From Deltaproteobacteria bacterium (lineage in GTDB: Bacteria; Myxococcota_A; UBA9160; JAFDET01): a stretch of DNA of 47,025 nucleotides. Made by a program: the position numbers and the translations under genes. The notes under the pieces were generated by a model. That model searched no databases. It was not told where the DNA came from and worked only from the letters and a program-made list of their open reading frames with translations. Within the stretch, counting starts at the first letter, position 1. Every line of letters begins with the position of its first letter. Of this stretch, positions 17,401 to 25,505 are shown piece by piece. The stretch lies in NCBI GenBank assembly GCA_019310195.1, contig JAFDET010000001.1, positions 1-47,025 on the forward strand. Direction: 5' to 3'.

Positions 17401-19265
17401 CACGACCCCTCGGGCTTCTCGGAATCCGGCAGTATCCGGGATTCCTCTTCGGCGTCAAGCGCCTGCGGCTCGAGCCCCGGGTCCGGCTCAGGGGCCGGCG
17501 GCGCTTCCGCCGGCACCGCCTGGAAGGGCTCGGGAGCCCCGGAGGGGGCCTCCGGATCGGGTGAGTCGATGGCCGCAGCCGGCGCCTCCAGGGGCTCGCC
17601 GGTCTCCTCGGCCACGTCGGGCTCTGTCGGGGCGTCGGCCTCGGCAGCCTCCTGCGCCGCCCGGGCCGCCGCCGCCTCATCGGCCTCCACCTCGGCATCC
17701 TCCGCCTCGGCGTCGGCGCCGTTGCCCGGCCCCTCGCCCAGCCAGGCCGGGGTGAAGGGGACGCCGCTGCCCAGATCGCTGGTGCGGACCTCGAACTGCT
17801 CGTGGTGCAGTTTGGGCCGCACCGAGATCTCGATCTCGCGGCCGAGCGACGCCTCCAGGGCCTCCAGCGCCGGCCGGTCGCGGCCCAGCAGCAGCTCGCC
17901 GACCCGGCGCGAGACGGTTACCGAGATGCGCCGGCCGCTCAGCCGCGGCAGGTCCTTGCGGATCTCCCGCAGCACGCGGAAGGCGACGCTCTCCGGCGAG
18001 AGCACGTAGCCCTTGCCCTCGCAGTAAGAGCAGGGCTCGCCCAGCACCTGCACCAGGTTCTCGCGGGTGCGCTTGCGCGTCATCTCCACGAGCCCGAGCT
18101 CCGAGATCTTGAGGATGTTGGTGCGCGCCTTGTCGCCGCGGAGGACTTCCTGGAGGGCGCGATACACCTTCTCGCGGTTGGTGAAGTCGTCCATGTCGAT
18201 CAGGTCGATGATGATCAGCCCGCCGATGTTGCGGAAGCGGAGCTGGTGCACCACCTCGCGCACAGCCTCGAGGTTGGTCTTGAGGACCGTCTCCTCCAGG
18301 TCGCGCTTGCCCACGTAGCGGCCGGTGTTGACGTCGATGGCGGTAAGGGCCTCGCTCTGATCGACGATCAGGTAGCCGCCGCTCTTGAGCCACACCTTCC
18401 GGCCCAGGTTCCGGTCGATCTGCTCCTCGAGCTCGAAGTGATCGAAGATGGGAAGGTCGCCTTCGTAGTGCTCGATGGTCGGCGGATCGACCATGAAGCG
18501 ATCGACGAACGTCTTCAGCTGCGCGTACACACCCGGGTCGTCGATCACGATGCGGTTGGTACCGCTGCCCGCCGCGTCGCGAATCACCCGCATGGGCAGG
18601 TCCGGCTCGTGGTAGAGGATGTGCGGCGCGCGGGCCTGGGCCTTGCCCGACTGGATCTCCTCCCAGGTCTCGGCCAGGTACTTGACGTCGGCCTCCAGGT
18701 CCGGCTCCCGCACGCCGTCGCCGGCGGTGCGGATGATGAAGCCCAGGTCCTTGGGGCGCATGCGTTCCACGGTGTCGCGCAGCCGGCGGCGCTCCTTGTC
18801 CGAGCCGATGCGCCGCGAGACACCCACCCGGCGGCCCGACGGCGTCAGCACCAGGTGGCGGCCGGCGATGGACACGTGGGACGTGATCCGGGCGCCCTTG
18901 GTGCCGATGGGCTCCTTGGCCACCTGCACCACGACCTCCTGGCCCTCGGACAGCAGGGTCTCGATCTTGGGGAACTGGCGGCCGTTGCCGTTGCGGCGGC
19001 GGCGGCGCCCGGAATCGCCGTCCGCGTCCGCATCGGTATCGGCCAGGTAGTCGCCGACGTAGAGGAAGGCGGCCTTCTCCAGGCCGATGTCCACGAAGGC
19101 GGCCTGCATTCCCGGCAGGACCCGGGTGACGCGGCCCTTGACCACGTTGCCCACCATGCTGCGGGTGCTGGCGCGCTCGATGTAGAGCTCGACGAAGCTG
19201 CCCTTCTCGAGGATGGCCACTCGGGTCTCGCCCGGGGTGGCATTGACCACGATCTCGTTGTTCAT
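17400..19265 (-). CDS. rng: Rne/Rng family ribonuclease (RNase E/G) with an acidic, Pro/Ala-rich C-terminal tail
   Basis: MNNEIVVNATPGETRVAILE, S1 domain GNVVKGRVTRVLPGMQAAFVDIG, and ALTAIDVNTGRYVG. The roughly 110-aa tail is rich in E, A and P. Confidence 0.9.
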   Translation of the reverse strand: MNNEIVVNATPGETRVAILEKGSFVELYIERASTRSMVGNVVKGRVTRVLPGMQAAFVDIGLEKAAFLYVGDYLADTDADADGDSGRRRRRNGNGRQFPKIETLLSEGQEVVVQVAKEPIGTKGARITSHVSIAGRHLVLTPSGRRVGVSRRIGSDKERRRLRDTVERMRPKDLGFIIRTAGDGVREPDLEADVKYLAETWEEIQSGKAQARAPHILYHEPDLPMRVIRDAAGSGTNRIVIDDPGVYAQLKTFVDRFMVDPPTIEHYEGDLPIFDHFELEEQIDRNLGRKVWLKSGGYLIVDQSEALTAIDVNTGRYVGKRDLEETVLKTNLEAVREVVHQLRFRNIGGLIIIDLIDMDDFTNREKVYRALQEVLRGDKARTNILKISELGLVEMTRKRTRENLVQVLGEPCSYCEGKGYVLSPESVAFRVLREIRKDLPRLSGRRISVTVSRRVGELLLGRDRPALEALEASLGREIEISVRPKLHHEQFEVRTSDLGSGVPFTPAWLGEGPGNGADAEAEDAEVEADEAAAARAAQEAAEADAPTEPDVAEETGEPLEAPAAAIDSPDPEAPSGAPEPFQAVPAEAPPAPEPDPGLEPQALDAEEESRILPDSEKPEGS

Positions 19266-19650
19266 CTCGACTTTCCCGCGGAGGGCGGCCCGCCCCAATG
19301 GAGTGGACGTGCGGACCGATGCCGCTCCTGTGCTGGGCGAGCCTTGGCCTGGCCTGAGGCGGGACGTGGGACCTCAGCGGGTCCCGAGAGTCGGGGAGGC
19401 CAAGCGGGGTACGGGGGCGCTGAAGGCGCCGTCCGGAGGACGGGAGGCTCTCTCTAAGCTCCCGAAATCAAAGGCTAAAGCGTTGACTCGCAATGTGACT
19501 CACTCTACCGTGACGGCTGGCCTGCTCCGGTGAGCCCCCGCGGACGACCTCCCCGTCGCCCGTCCCGCTCGCCCGGGCGGGGACCGCTGGCGCACCGTGG
19601 CACATCAACCGGACCCTGCCGAGCCGTACAAACTCGTGAGATCCAACATC

Positions 19651-21054
19651 ATGCATCCCGGGGACGAGGTCAAGGAAGATCCGAGAAGCAGCCTCCCCGC
19701 GGTGGGGCGACTGGCCGACGCTCTGGCGAAGTCCTGGCCGGATCTGCCGGCCTGGGCGCGTGTGGAGGGTGCGCGACGGGCCGTCGCGGCCGCCCGCCGC
19801 GACCTGGATGCGGACCCCGGGGCGGAGCCTCCGGCCCTCGAGGCCCTGGAGGCCCAGGCCGCCCGGCTGGCGGCGGGGCTGCGCCGGCCGCGCCCGGGCC
19901 GCGTCATCAACGCCACCGGGGTGGTGCTGCACACCAACCTGGGGCGGGCCGTCCTGGGTGCGGAGGCCGCCGCTGCGGTGAGCGCGGCCGCGGCGGGATA
20001 CGGCGATCTGGAGCTCGACCTGGACAGCGGCGGCCGCGGCAATCGGCTGGCTCCGCTGCGCGAGAAGCTGGTGATCCTTTCGGGAGCGGAGGCGGCGCTG
20101 GCGGTGAACAACAACGCCGCTGCGGTGCTCCTGGCGCTGGACACGCTGGCCCGAGGCCGCGAGGTGGTGGTCTCCCGGGGCGAGCTGGTGGAGATCGGCG
20201 GCTCGTTCCGCGTCCCCGAGATCCTGGAGCGGGCCGGCGTTCGCCTGGTGGAGGTGGGCACCACCAACCGCACCCACCCGCGCGACTACGAGCAGGCCAT
20301 CGGTCCCGACACCGCCCTGCTGCTCAAGGTGCACCGCAGCAACTTCGAGCAGCGCGGCTTCGTGGCCGAGGTCGGCCTGGAGGAGCTGGCCGAGATCGCC
20401 CGGCGCCACGGCATCCCGCTGGTGGAGGACCTGGGCAGCGGAACCCTCACGCCCGTGCCGGGCGTGGAGCTGCCCGCCGAGACCCTGGCGCCGGCGCGGC
20501 TGCGCCAGGGTGCGGACCTGGTCTGTTTCTCGGGCGACAAGCTCCTGGGCGGGCCGCAGGCAGGCATCGTCCTGGGTCGCAGCGAGATCGTCGAGGCCAT
20601 GGCCCGCAACCCCCTGGCCCGGGCGCTGCGCCTGGACAAGCTGGGCCTGGCGGCGCTGGACGCCGTGCTGCGCGTCCTGCTGGAGGGCCGCCCGGAGCGG
20701 ATCCCGACCCTGCGCGCGCTTGGCGCCGATGCCTCCGAGCTGCGCGCCCGCGCGGAGAAGCTGGCGCTCCGGCTGGGCCAGCGCCTGGGCGCGGCGGCGG
20801 GCGTCACTGCGGAGCAGGAGCGTTCGGCGGTGGGGGGCGGGTCGCTGCCCGGCTTCGAGCTTCCCACCTGGGTGGTGGCGCTGCGTGCGGCGCGGGGCCC
20901 CGATGCCCTGGCGGCACGGCTTCGCCAGGCGCCGGTTCCGGTCCTCGGCCGGATTCGCGATGACGCCCTGCTGCTCGACGTGCGCACTCTGCTCGACGGC
21001 GACGAGGCCGACCTGGAGCACGCCTTGACGTTCGCTCTGGGCCGCACCGATTGA
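19651..21054 (+). CDS. selA: L-seryl-tRNA(Sec) selenium transferase
   Basis: LPAVGRL N-terminal motif, INATGVVLHTNLGRA, and FSGDKLLGGPQAGIVLG (PLP lysine). A start at GTG 19597 is also possible. Confidence 0.9.
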   Translation: MHPGDEVKEDPRSSLPAVGRLADALAKSWPDLPAWARVEGARRAVAAARRDLDADPGAEPPALEALEAQAARLAAGLRRPRPGRVINATGVVLHTNLGRAVLGAEAAAAVSAAAAGYGDLELDLDSGGRGNRLAPLREKLVILSGAEAALAVNNNAAAVLLALDTLARGREVVVSRGELVEIGGSFRVPEILERAGVRLVEVGTTNRTHPRDYEQAIGPDTALLLKVHRSNFEQRGFVAEVGLEELAEIARRHGIPLVEDLGSGTLTPVPGVELPAETLAPARLRQGADLVCFSGDKLLGGPQAGIVLGRSEIVEAMARNPLARALRLDKLGLAALDAVLRVLLEGRPERIPTLRALGADASELRARAEKLALRLGQRLGAAAGVTAEQERSAVGGGSLPGFELPTWVVALRAARGPDALAARLRQAPVPVLGRIRDDALLLDVRTLLDGDEADLEHALTFALGRTD

Positions 21055-21086
21055 ACCTCATGCTCGCCTAGGGCTATTCTCGCGGC

Positions 21087-21683
21087 GTGCTGAGCTCGAG
21101 CGTTCTCGTCCTCAATCGGTCCTACCTGCCGATTCACGTAACCAGCGTGCGTCGGGCGTTCTCGCTGATCTACCAGGGCATCGCGAGGGCGGTGGACGAG
21201 CAGTACCAGACGTTCGACTTCGAGAGCTGGCAGCAGCTCGCTGTGGCCCGGGACGAGGACTTCGTCGGCACCCCCGGGGGGGCCATGCGCGTTCCTCGCG
21301 TGATCGTGCTGGTGGCCTTCGACCGCGTCCCCAAGCGCCACGTCCGCTTCAGCCGTATCAACATCTTCGCGCGCGACGGCTTCACGTGTCAGTACTGCAG
21401 GCGCAAGCCCGCCCGCGCCGAGCTGAACCTGGACCACGTGGTTCCGCGGGCGCTCGGCGGCCGCAGCACCTGGGAGAACGTGGTCTGCTCGTGCGTCGAC
21501 TGCAATCGGCGCAAGGGCGGCCGTACGCCGGGGCAGGCGGGCCTGAAGCTTCACCGCCTTCCGCTGCGTCCGCGCTGGACGCCGCTCATGAACCTCATGA
21601 TTTCCAGCGTTCGCTACAACGAGTGGCGGCCGTTCCTGAACATCGTCGACGCTTCTTACTGGAACACCGAGCTCGAGAAGTAG
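21087..21683 (+). CDS. HNH endonuclease family protein
   Basis: CQYCRRK...LNLDHVVPRALGGRSTWENVVCSCVDCNRRKG (HNH with Cys4 zinc finger), plus a conserved N-terminal LVLNRSYLPIHVTSVRRAF domain. Confidence 0.85.
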   Translation: MLSSSVLVLNRSYLPIHVTSVRRAFSLIYQGIARAVDEQYQTFDFESWQQLAVARDEDFVGTPGGAMRVPRVIVLVAFDRVPKRHVRFSRINIFARDGFTCQYCRRKPARAELNLDHVVPRALGGRSTWENVVCSCVDCNRRKGGRTPGQAGLKLHRLPLRPRWTPLMNLMISSVRYNEWRPFLNIVDASYWNTELEK

Positions 21684-21708
21684 ACGTCGCATCACGGTAG
21701 GGGGGTCC

Positions 21709-22689
21709 GTGATCGAACCGAGTGCAGGCAGCGCCGGCACGGCGAGCCGAGCGACCGGCGCTGCGCCGGACGCCGCACGCTTGATCGCCGTCGGCGGCGG
21801 CAAGGGGGGCGTGGGCAAGACCTTCGTCACCGTCAACCTTGCTGCGACCATCGCCCGGGAGGGCTTCGACGTGGTGGTGGTGGACGGCGACCTGGAGGGC
21901 GCCAACACCCACACCTGCTTCGGTGTACCCCCGCCGCCTCTCTCGCTGGCCGACTTCGTGGCCAACCGGGAAGAGGAGCTGACCAAGCTCATGGTGGAGA
22001 CGGGGATTCCGAACCTGCGGCTGATCGCGGCCACCCACGCCAACCTGGCGGCGGCCCAGCCCGGTCACTTCCAGCGGGTGCGGCTGCTCTCGCGCTTGCG
22101 TCAGCTCCCGGTGGACCTGGTGCTGATCGACCTGGGGGCCGGCACCCATCCCGCGGTGATGGACTACTTCCTGGTCGGCGACGACGGCATCGTGGTGTTC
22201 TGCCCGGAGCCCACATCCATGGAGAATGCCTACTCGTTCCTGCGGGCCGCCTTCTACCGGCGCATGCGGCTCTCCATGCTGACCCACTCGGTGCGGGCCC
22301 TGGTGACCCAGGCCATGGATCAGCGCAACGAGCGCGGCATCCGCACCCCCGCGGACCTGCTCCGAGAAATCGAGAAGCTGGATCCCAGCGAGGGAGGGCG
22401 CTTCGCCGAGACCCTGCGCCGCTTCCGGCCGCGCCTGCTGATCAACGACGTGCGCACGGCGGACGAGATCAAGCTGGGGTTCTCGGTGCGCAGCGTGTGC
22501 CGCAGCTACTTCGGTCTCGAAGCCGAGTACCTGGGTTACGTGAACCACGATGCCGGGGTCCGCGAGTCGGTGGTCGCCCGCCGGCCGCTGGTGGACGTGC
22601 ATCCCAACTGCGATGCGGCGGTCTACCTGCGCCGCATCGCGCGCAAGGTGATCCAGTCGCTGGGACCCGCTGTCGTGGAGGAAGCGTGA
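21709..22689 (+). CDS. ParA/MinD-family P-loop ATPase (deviant Walker A)
   Basis: IAVGGGKGGVGKTFVTVNLA (KGGxGKT with the signature Lys), VVVDGDL, and LVLIDLGAG (Walker B-like). Confidence 0.85.
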   Translation: MIEPSAGSAGTASRATGAAPDAARLIAVGGGKGGVGKTFVTVNLAATIAREGFDVVVVDGDLEGANTHTCFGVPPPPLSLADFVANREEELTKLMVETGIPNLRLIAATHANLAAAQPGHFQRVRLLSRLRQLPVDLVLIDLGAGTHPAVMDYFLVGDDGIVVFCPEPTSMENAYSFLRAAFYRRMRLSMLTHSVRALVTQAMDQRNERGIRTPADLLREIEKLDPSEGGRFAETLRRFRPRLLINDVRTADEIKLGFSVRSVCRSYFGLEAEYLGYVNHDAGVRESVVARRPLVDVHPNCDAAVYLRRIARKVIQSLGPAVVEEA

Positions 22690-23354
22690 GGCCGTTCTCG
22701 GACCAGACCCACTACGAGATTCTCGAGATTTCGACGGACGCTTCGCCGGAAGAGATCGAGCGCGCCTATCGGATGGCGCTGGCCACGTACGGCAACGACT
22801 CCATGGCCGTCTACTCCCTCTTGTCGGAGGAGGATTCCCGCGTAACCCGGGAGCGCGTGGATCTGGCCTACGAGATTCTCTCCGACCCCACCGCACGCCA
22901 GCGCTACGACGCCGGGCTGAGCGGGGAAGACGACTCGGCGTGGCGCGATCCCGAGCCCTTCCCCGACCCGCTGGAGCAGGCGGAGCTGATGCCGGCCCTG
23001 GTCTCCGAGGTGCCGCCGCATTCGAAGGCCCAGGTGGTCCCCAGTATCTCCGGCTTCGAGGACGTGGACGAAGAGGGCGATGCCAGCATGTACGACGGCG
23101 CACGGCTGCGCCGTGCGCGGCTGCTGCGCGGGGTCGAGATCGATCAGATCGCCGAGGTGACCAAGGTCAACCCGACCTACATCCACTTCATCGAGGACGA
23201 GCGCTTCGACGATCTCCCGGCGACGGTCTACGTGCGCGGCTTCGTCAGCGCCTACGCCCGCTGCCTGGGGCTCGACGCGCCGGGTGCATCGCTCTCCTAC
23301 GTGGAGCGCCTGCAGCAGCACCGGGGCGAGGGGAAGCACGGAGGCCGCAACTAG
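22686..23354 (+). CDS. J-like domain (no HPD) plus RodZ-like HTH (HTH_25) protein
   Basis: The GTG at 22686 overlaps the upstream TGA. J-like sequence HYEILEISTDASPEEIERAYRMALATYGNDS...AYEILSDPTARQRYD. HTH sequence LRRARLLRGVEIDQIAEVTKVNPTYIHFIEDERFDDLPATVYVRGFVSAYARCLGLD. Confidence 0.75.
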   Translation: MRPFSDQTHYEILEISTDASPEEIERAYRMALATYGNDSMAVYSLLSEEDSRVTRERVDLAYEILSDPTARQRYDAGLSGEDDSAWRDPEPFPDPLEQAELMPALVSEVPPHSKAQVVPSISGFEDVDEEGDASMYDGARLRRARLLRGVEIDQIAEVTKVNPTYIHFIEDERFDDLPATVYVRGFVSAYARCLGLDAPGASLSYVERLQQHRGEGKHGGRN

Positions 23355-23621
23355 GTGGCCCGGATTGCCGACGCCGAGCGAGCGCGCCGGCTGGCCCGCG
23401 CCATCCTGTCGGACGTGCTGCTCTACAACCGTGACACCGTCCGCGAGGGCCTGGAGCGGGACGACCTCTTCGAGCGCCTGGAGGGGCACTTCGAAGAGGC
23501 ACGGGCCTACTTCGAGAGTCGCGTCGAGCCGGAGCTGCTGCACAAGGAGAACTTCGTCGACCGCGCGATCGTGGATGTTCTGATCTGCGGCAGCCGGAGT
23601 GTCCGCGCGCGGATATGGTGA
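23355..23621 (+). CDS. hypothetical 88-aa protein
   Basis: The GTG start directly follows the upstream TAG, and the 3' end overlaps the rluD start. Composition is coding-like (ILSDVLLYNRDTVREGLERDDLFERLEGHFEEARAYFE). Confidence 0.55.
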   Translation: MARIADAERARRLARAILSDVLLYNRDTVREGLERDDLFERLEGHFEEARAYFESRVEPELLHKENFVDRAIVDVLICGSRSVRARIW

Positions 23622-24535
23622 CCTTCGTGGTGGGCGAAGAGGAGGCGGGTCGCCGTCTCGATCTCGCCCTGGCCGACGCCGCCGGCCAGCCCCGCGCACA
23701 GGTGCGGCGCTGGATCGACGCGGGTCACGTCCGCGTCAACGACGAGCCGGCGCGCGCCTCACGCCGTGTGCGCTCCGGCGACGTGCTGCGGGCCGAGCCG
23801 CCGGATCCCGTGGGCTGCGCACTGGAGCCCCAGCCGATCCCGCTGGAGATCCTCTACGAGGACGCGGACCTGGTCGTGGTGGACAAGCCCGCCGGGCTGG
23901 TCGTGCACCCGGCTCCCGGTCACCCCGACGGCACTCTGGTCAACGCGCTGCTCCACCACTGCGGGGATCTGGCCGGCGTGGGCGGCGTGCTGCGGCCGGG
24001 GATCGTGCACCGCCTGGACCGGGGAACCAGCGGGGTGCTGGTGGCCGCCAAGAACGACGCCGCCCACCGCGGCCTGGCGGAGCAGTTCCGCGACCACAGC
24101 ATCGAGCGGATCTATCGGGCGCTGGTCCGCGGCCTGCCCGGCCGCGACGAAGGGCGCATCGACCGGCCCGTGGGCCGCCACCGGCGCGATCGCAAGCGCA
24201 TGTCCGTGGCCAGCCCGGTGGGCCGCCAGGCGCTCACGGCCTGGCGCGTGCTGGAGCGCTTCGCGCGCAGCGGCGTGAGCTGGCTGGAGATCCGGCCGGA
24301 GACGGGACGCACCCACCAGATCCGCGTTCACCTGGCCTCCGCCGGGATGCCGATCGTTGGCGATCCGGTCTACGGGCGCCGCAACCCCACCCGGCTCCTC
24401 GACCGCCCGGCCCTGCACGCAGCCGTGCTGGGCTTTCGGCATCCGCGGACGGGCGAGGCGCTGCGCTTCGAGGCGCCCGAGCCCGACGACCTGGCGGATG
24501 TGCTGCGCCGCCTTGCCCGGCGCGAGGCATCGTGA
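23615..24535 (+). CDS. rluD: 23S rRNA pseudouridine synthase, RluA/RluD family
   Basis: S4-like N-terminus, VVDKPAGLVVHP, GIVHRLDRGTSGVLVAAK (catalytic Asp) and TGRTHQIRVH. Confidence 0.92.
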   Translation: MVTFVVGEEEAGRRLDLALADAAGQPRAQVRRWIDAGHVRVNDEPARASRRVRSGDVLRAEPPDPVGCALEPQPIPLEILYEDADLVVVDKPAGLVVHPAPGHPDGTLVNALLHHCGDLAGVGGVLRPGIVHRLDRGTSGVLVAAKNDAAHRGLAEQFRDHSIERIYRALVRGLPGRDEGRIDRPVGRHRRDRKRMSVASPVGRQALTAWRVLERFARSGVSWLEIRPETGRTHQIRVHLASAGMPIVGDPVYGRRNPTRLLDRPALHAAVLGFRHPRTGEALRFEAPEPDDLADVLRRLARREAS

Positions 24536-25230
24536 GCGCGGGCTTCCTCACCGATCCGCTGCTCATGGAATGGGAGGTGGAGCACGGCTTCGGCCTGCGG
24601 GGAAGCTCCGAGCCGGAGGGGCTGGCGCGGCCGCGTCAGGTGCACGGCATCGCCGTTGCCCGGGCGGACGCGCAGGGTGAGGTGCAGCCCTCCGAGGCGG
24701 ACGCCGTCTGGACCGATGCGCCTGGGCGCGCCGTGGGTGTGTTGACGGCCGACTGCGTCCCCATCCTCATGGGAGTGCGCGGCGGGGTGCGTGTGGCGGC
24801 CGTGCACGCCGGCTGGAAGGGGCTTGCCCATGGGGTGATTGCCGCCGGCTTGAGTGCGCTGCGTGGCAGCGCGAACGAAGCGGTGCGCGCCGCGATCGGG
24901 CCCCACGTGGGTCCGTGCTGCTACGAGGTGGACGCGCCCGTGCTGGGTCCGCTGCGGAAGCGCTTCGGCGCCGATCTGGAGGTCGCGCTGGTGCCCGCTG
25001 GGCCCGATCACGCGCGCGTAGACCTGGGAGCGCTGGCGCGCTGGGCACTGGAGTCTGCGGGCCTGCCGCCGCACGCGATCGGCACGGAGGCGGTGGACTG
25101 CACGCGCTGCGATGCCGACCGTTTCCATTCGTACCGGCGCGACGGCGCGCGCGCGGGTCGTTTGCTCCACTTCGTTCGCGCGGGGAACCGTCCCGAGGCC
25201 GCCCTTGACAGCCCCCAGGGCCCGGCGTAG
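24532..25230 (+). CDS. pgeF: peptidoglycan editing factor PgeF (YfiH/DUF152, laccase-domain protein)
   Basis: The GTG overlaps the rluD stop. VLTADCVPIL, AVHAGWKG, GPCCYEV and FHSYRRDG. Confidence 0.85.
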   Translation: MSAGFLTDPLLMEWEVEHGFGLRGSSEPEGLARPRQVHGIAVARADAQGEVQPSEADAVWTDAPGRAVGVLTADCVPILMGVRGGVRVAAVHAGWKGLAHGVIAAGLSALRGSANEAVRAAIGPHVGPCCYEVDAPVLGPLRKRFGADLEVALVPAGPDHARVDLGALARWALESAGLPPHAIGTEAVDCTRCDADRFHSYRRDGARAGRLLHFVRAGNRPEAALDSPQGPA

Positions 25231-25243
25231 GGTTTTTTCAAGT

Positions 25244-25255
25244 GGTCGATCGACC
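25244..25255. other. 12-nt perfect palindrome GGTCGATCGACC in the pgeF-rho intergenic region
   Basis: Read directly from the sequence. It lies 14 nt after the pgeF stop and just after a T6 run. Confidence 0.6.
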
Positions 25256-25370
25256 GCATTCTCTTGAAGAAACCAGAGCTGATTCCCCAGACACAGGTCA
25301 AGCGCGGGTCCGAACCCGCGGGCACTGAAACCACTCAACTTCAAGGGCTGAACCTCCGAACGAGAAGCTG

Positions 25371-25500
25371 AGCCGCACCAGCCATCCCCAGCCCCGATCG
25401 AGGGCAAGGACCGCCCCCGGGCGGACCGCCGGTCTCGGAACTCCTCCACTTTCTCCGAGCCTCGAGAACTCCAACCCAACCCCCGTCACCACCCAAGAGG
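25371..25500 (+). promoter_or_regulatory. C-rich, G-poor leader upstream of rho (candidate rut/attenuator region)
   Basis: The tract is ...CCAGCCATCCCCAGCCCCGATCG...CTCCTCCACTTTCTCCGAGCCTCGAGAACTCCAACCCAACCCCCGTCACCACCCAAGAGG. C greatly exceeds G, especially over 25441-25497. An AAGAGG Shine-Dalgarno sequence sits before the GTG at 25506. Confidence 0.45.
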
Positions 25501-25505
25501 TCACC

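Noticed and set aside
25205-25240. An intrinsic terminator after pgeF, suggested by the T6 run at 25233-25238.
   Set aside because: Only 3-4 bp GC stems (GCCC-CCA-GGGC, CCC...GGG) can be drawn upstream, and they are not adjacent to the T run. This is too weak to annotate as a terminator, so I mention it only within the rho-leader finding.
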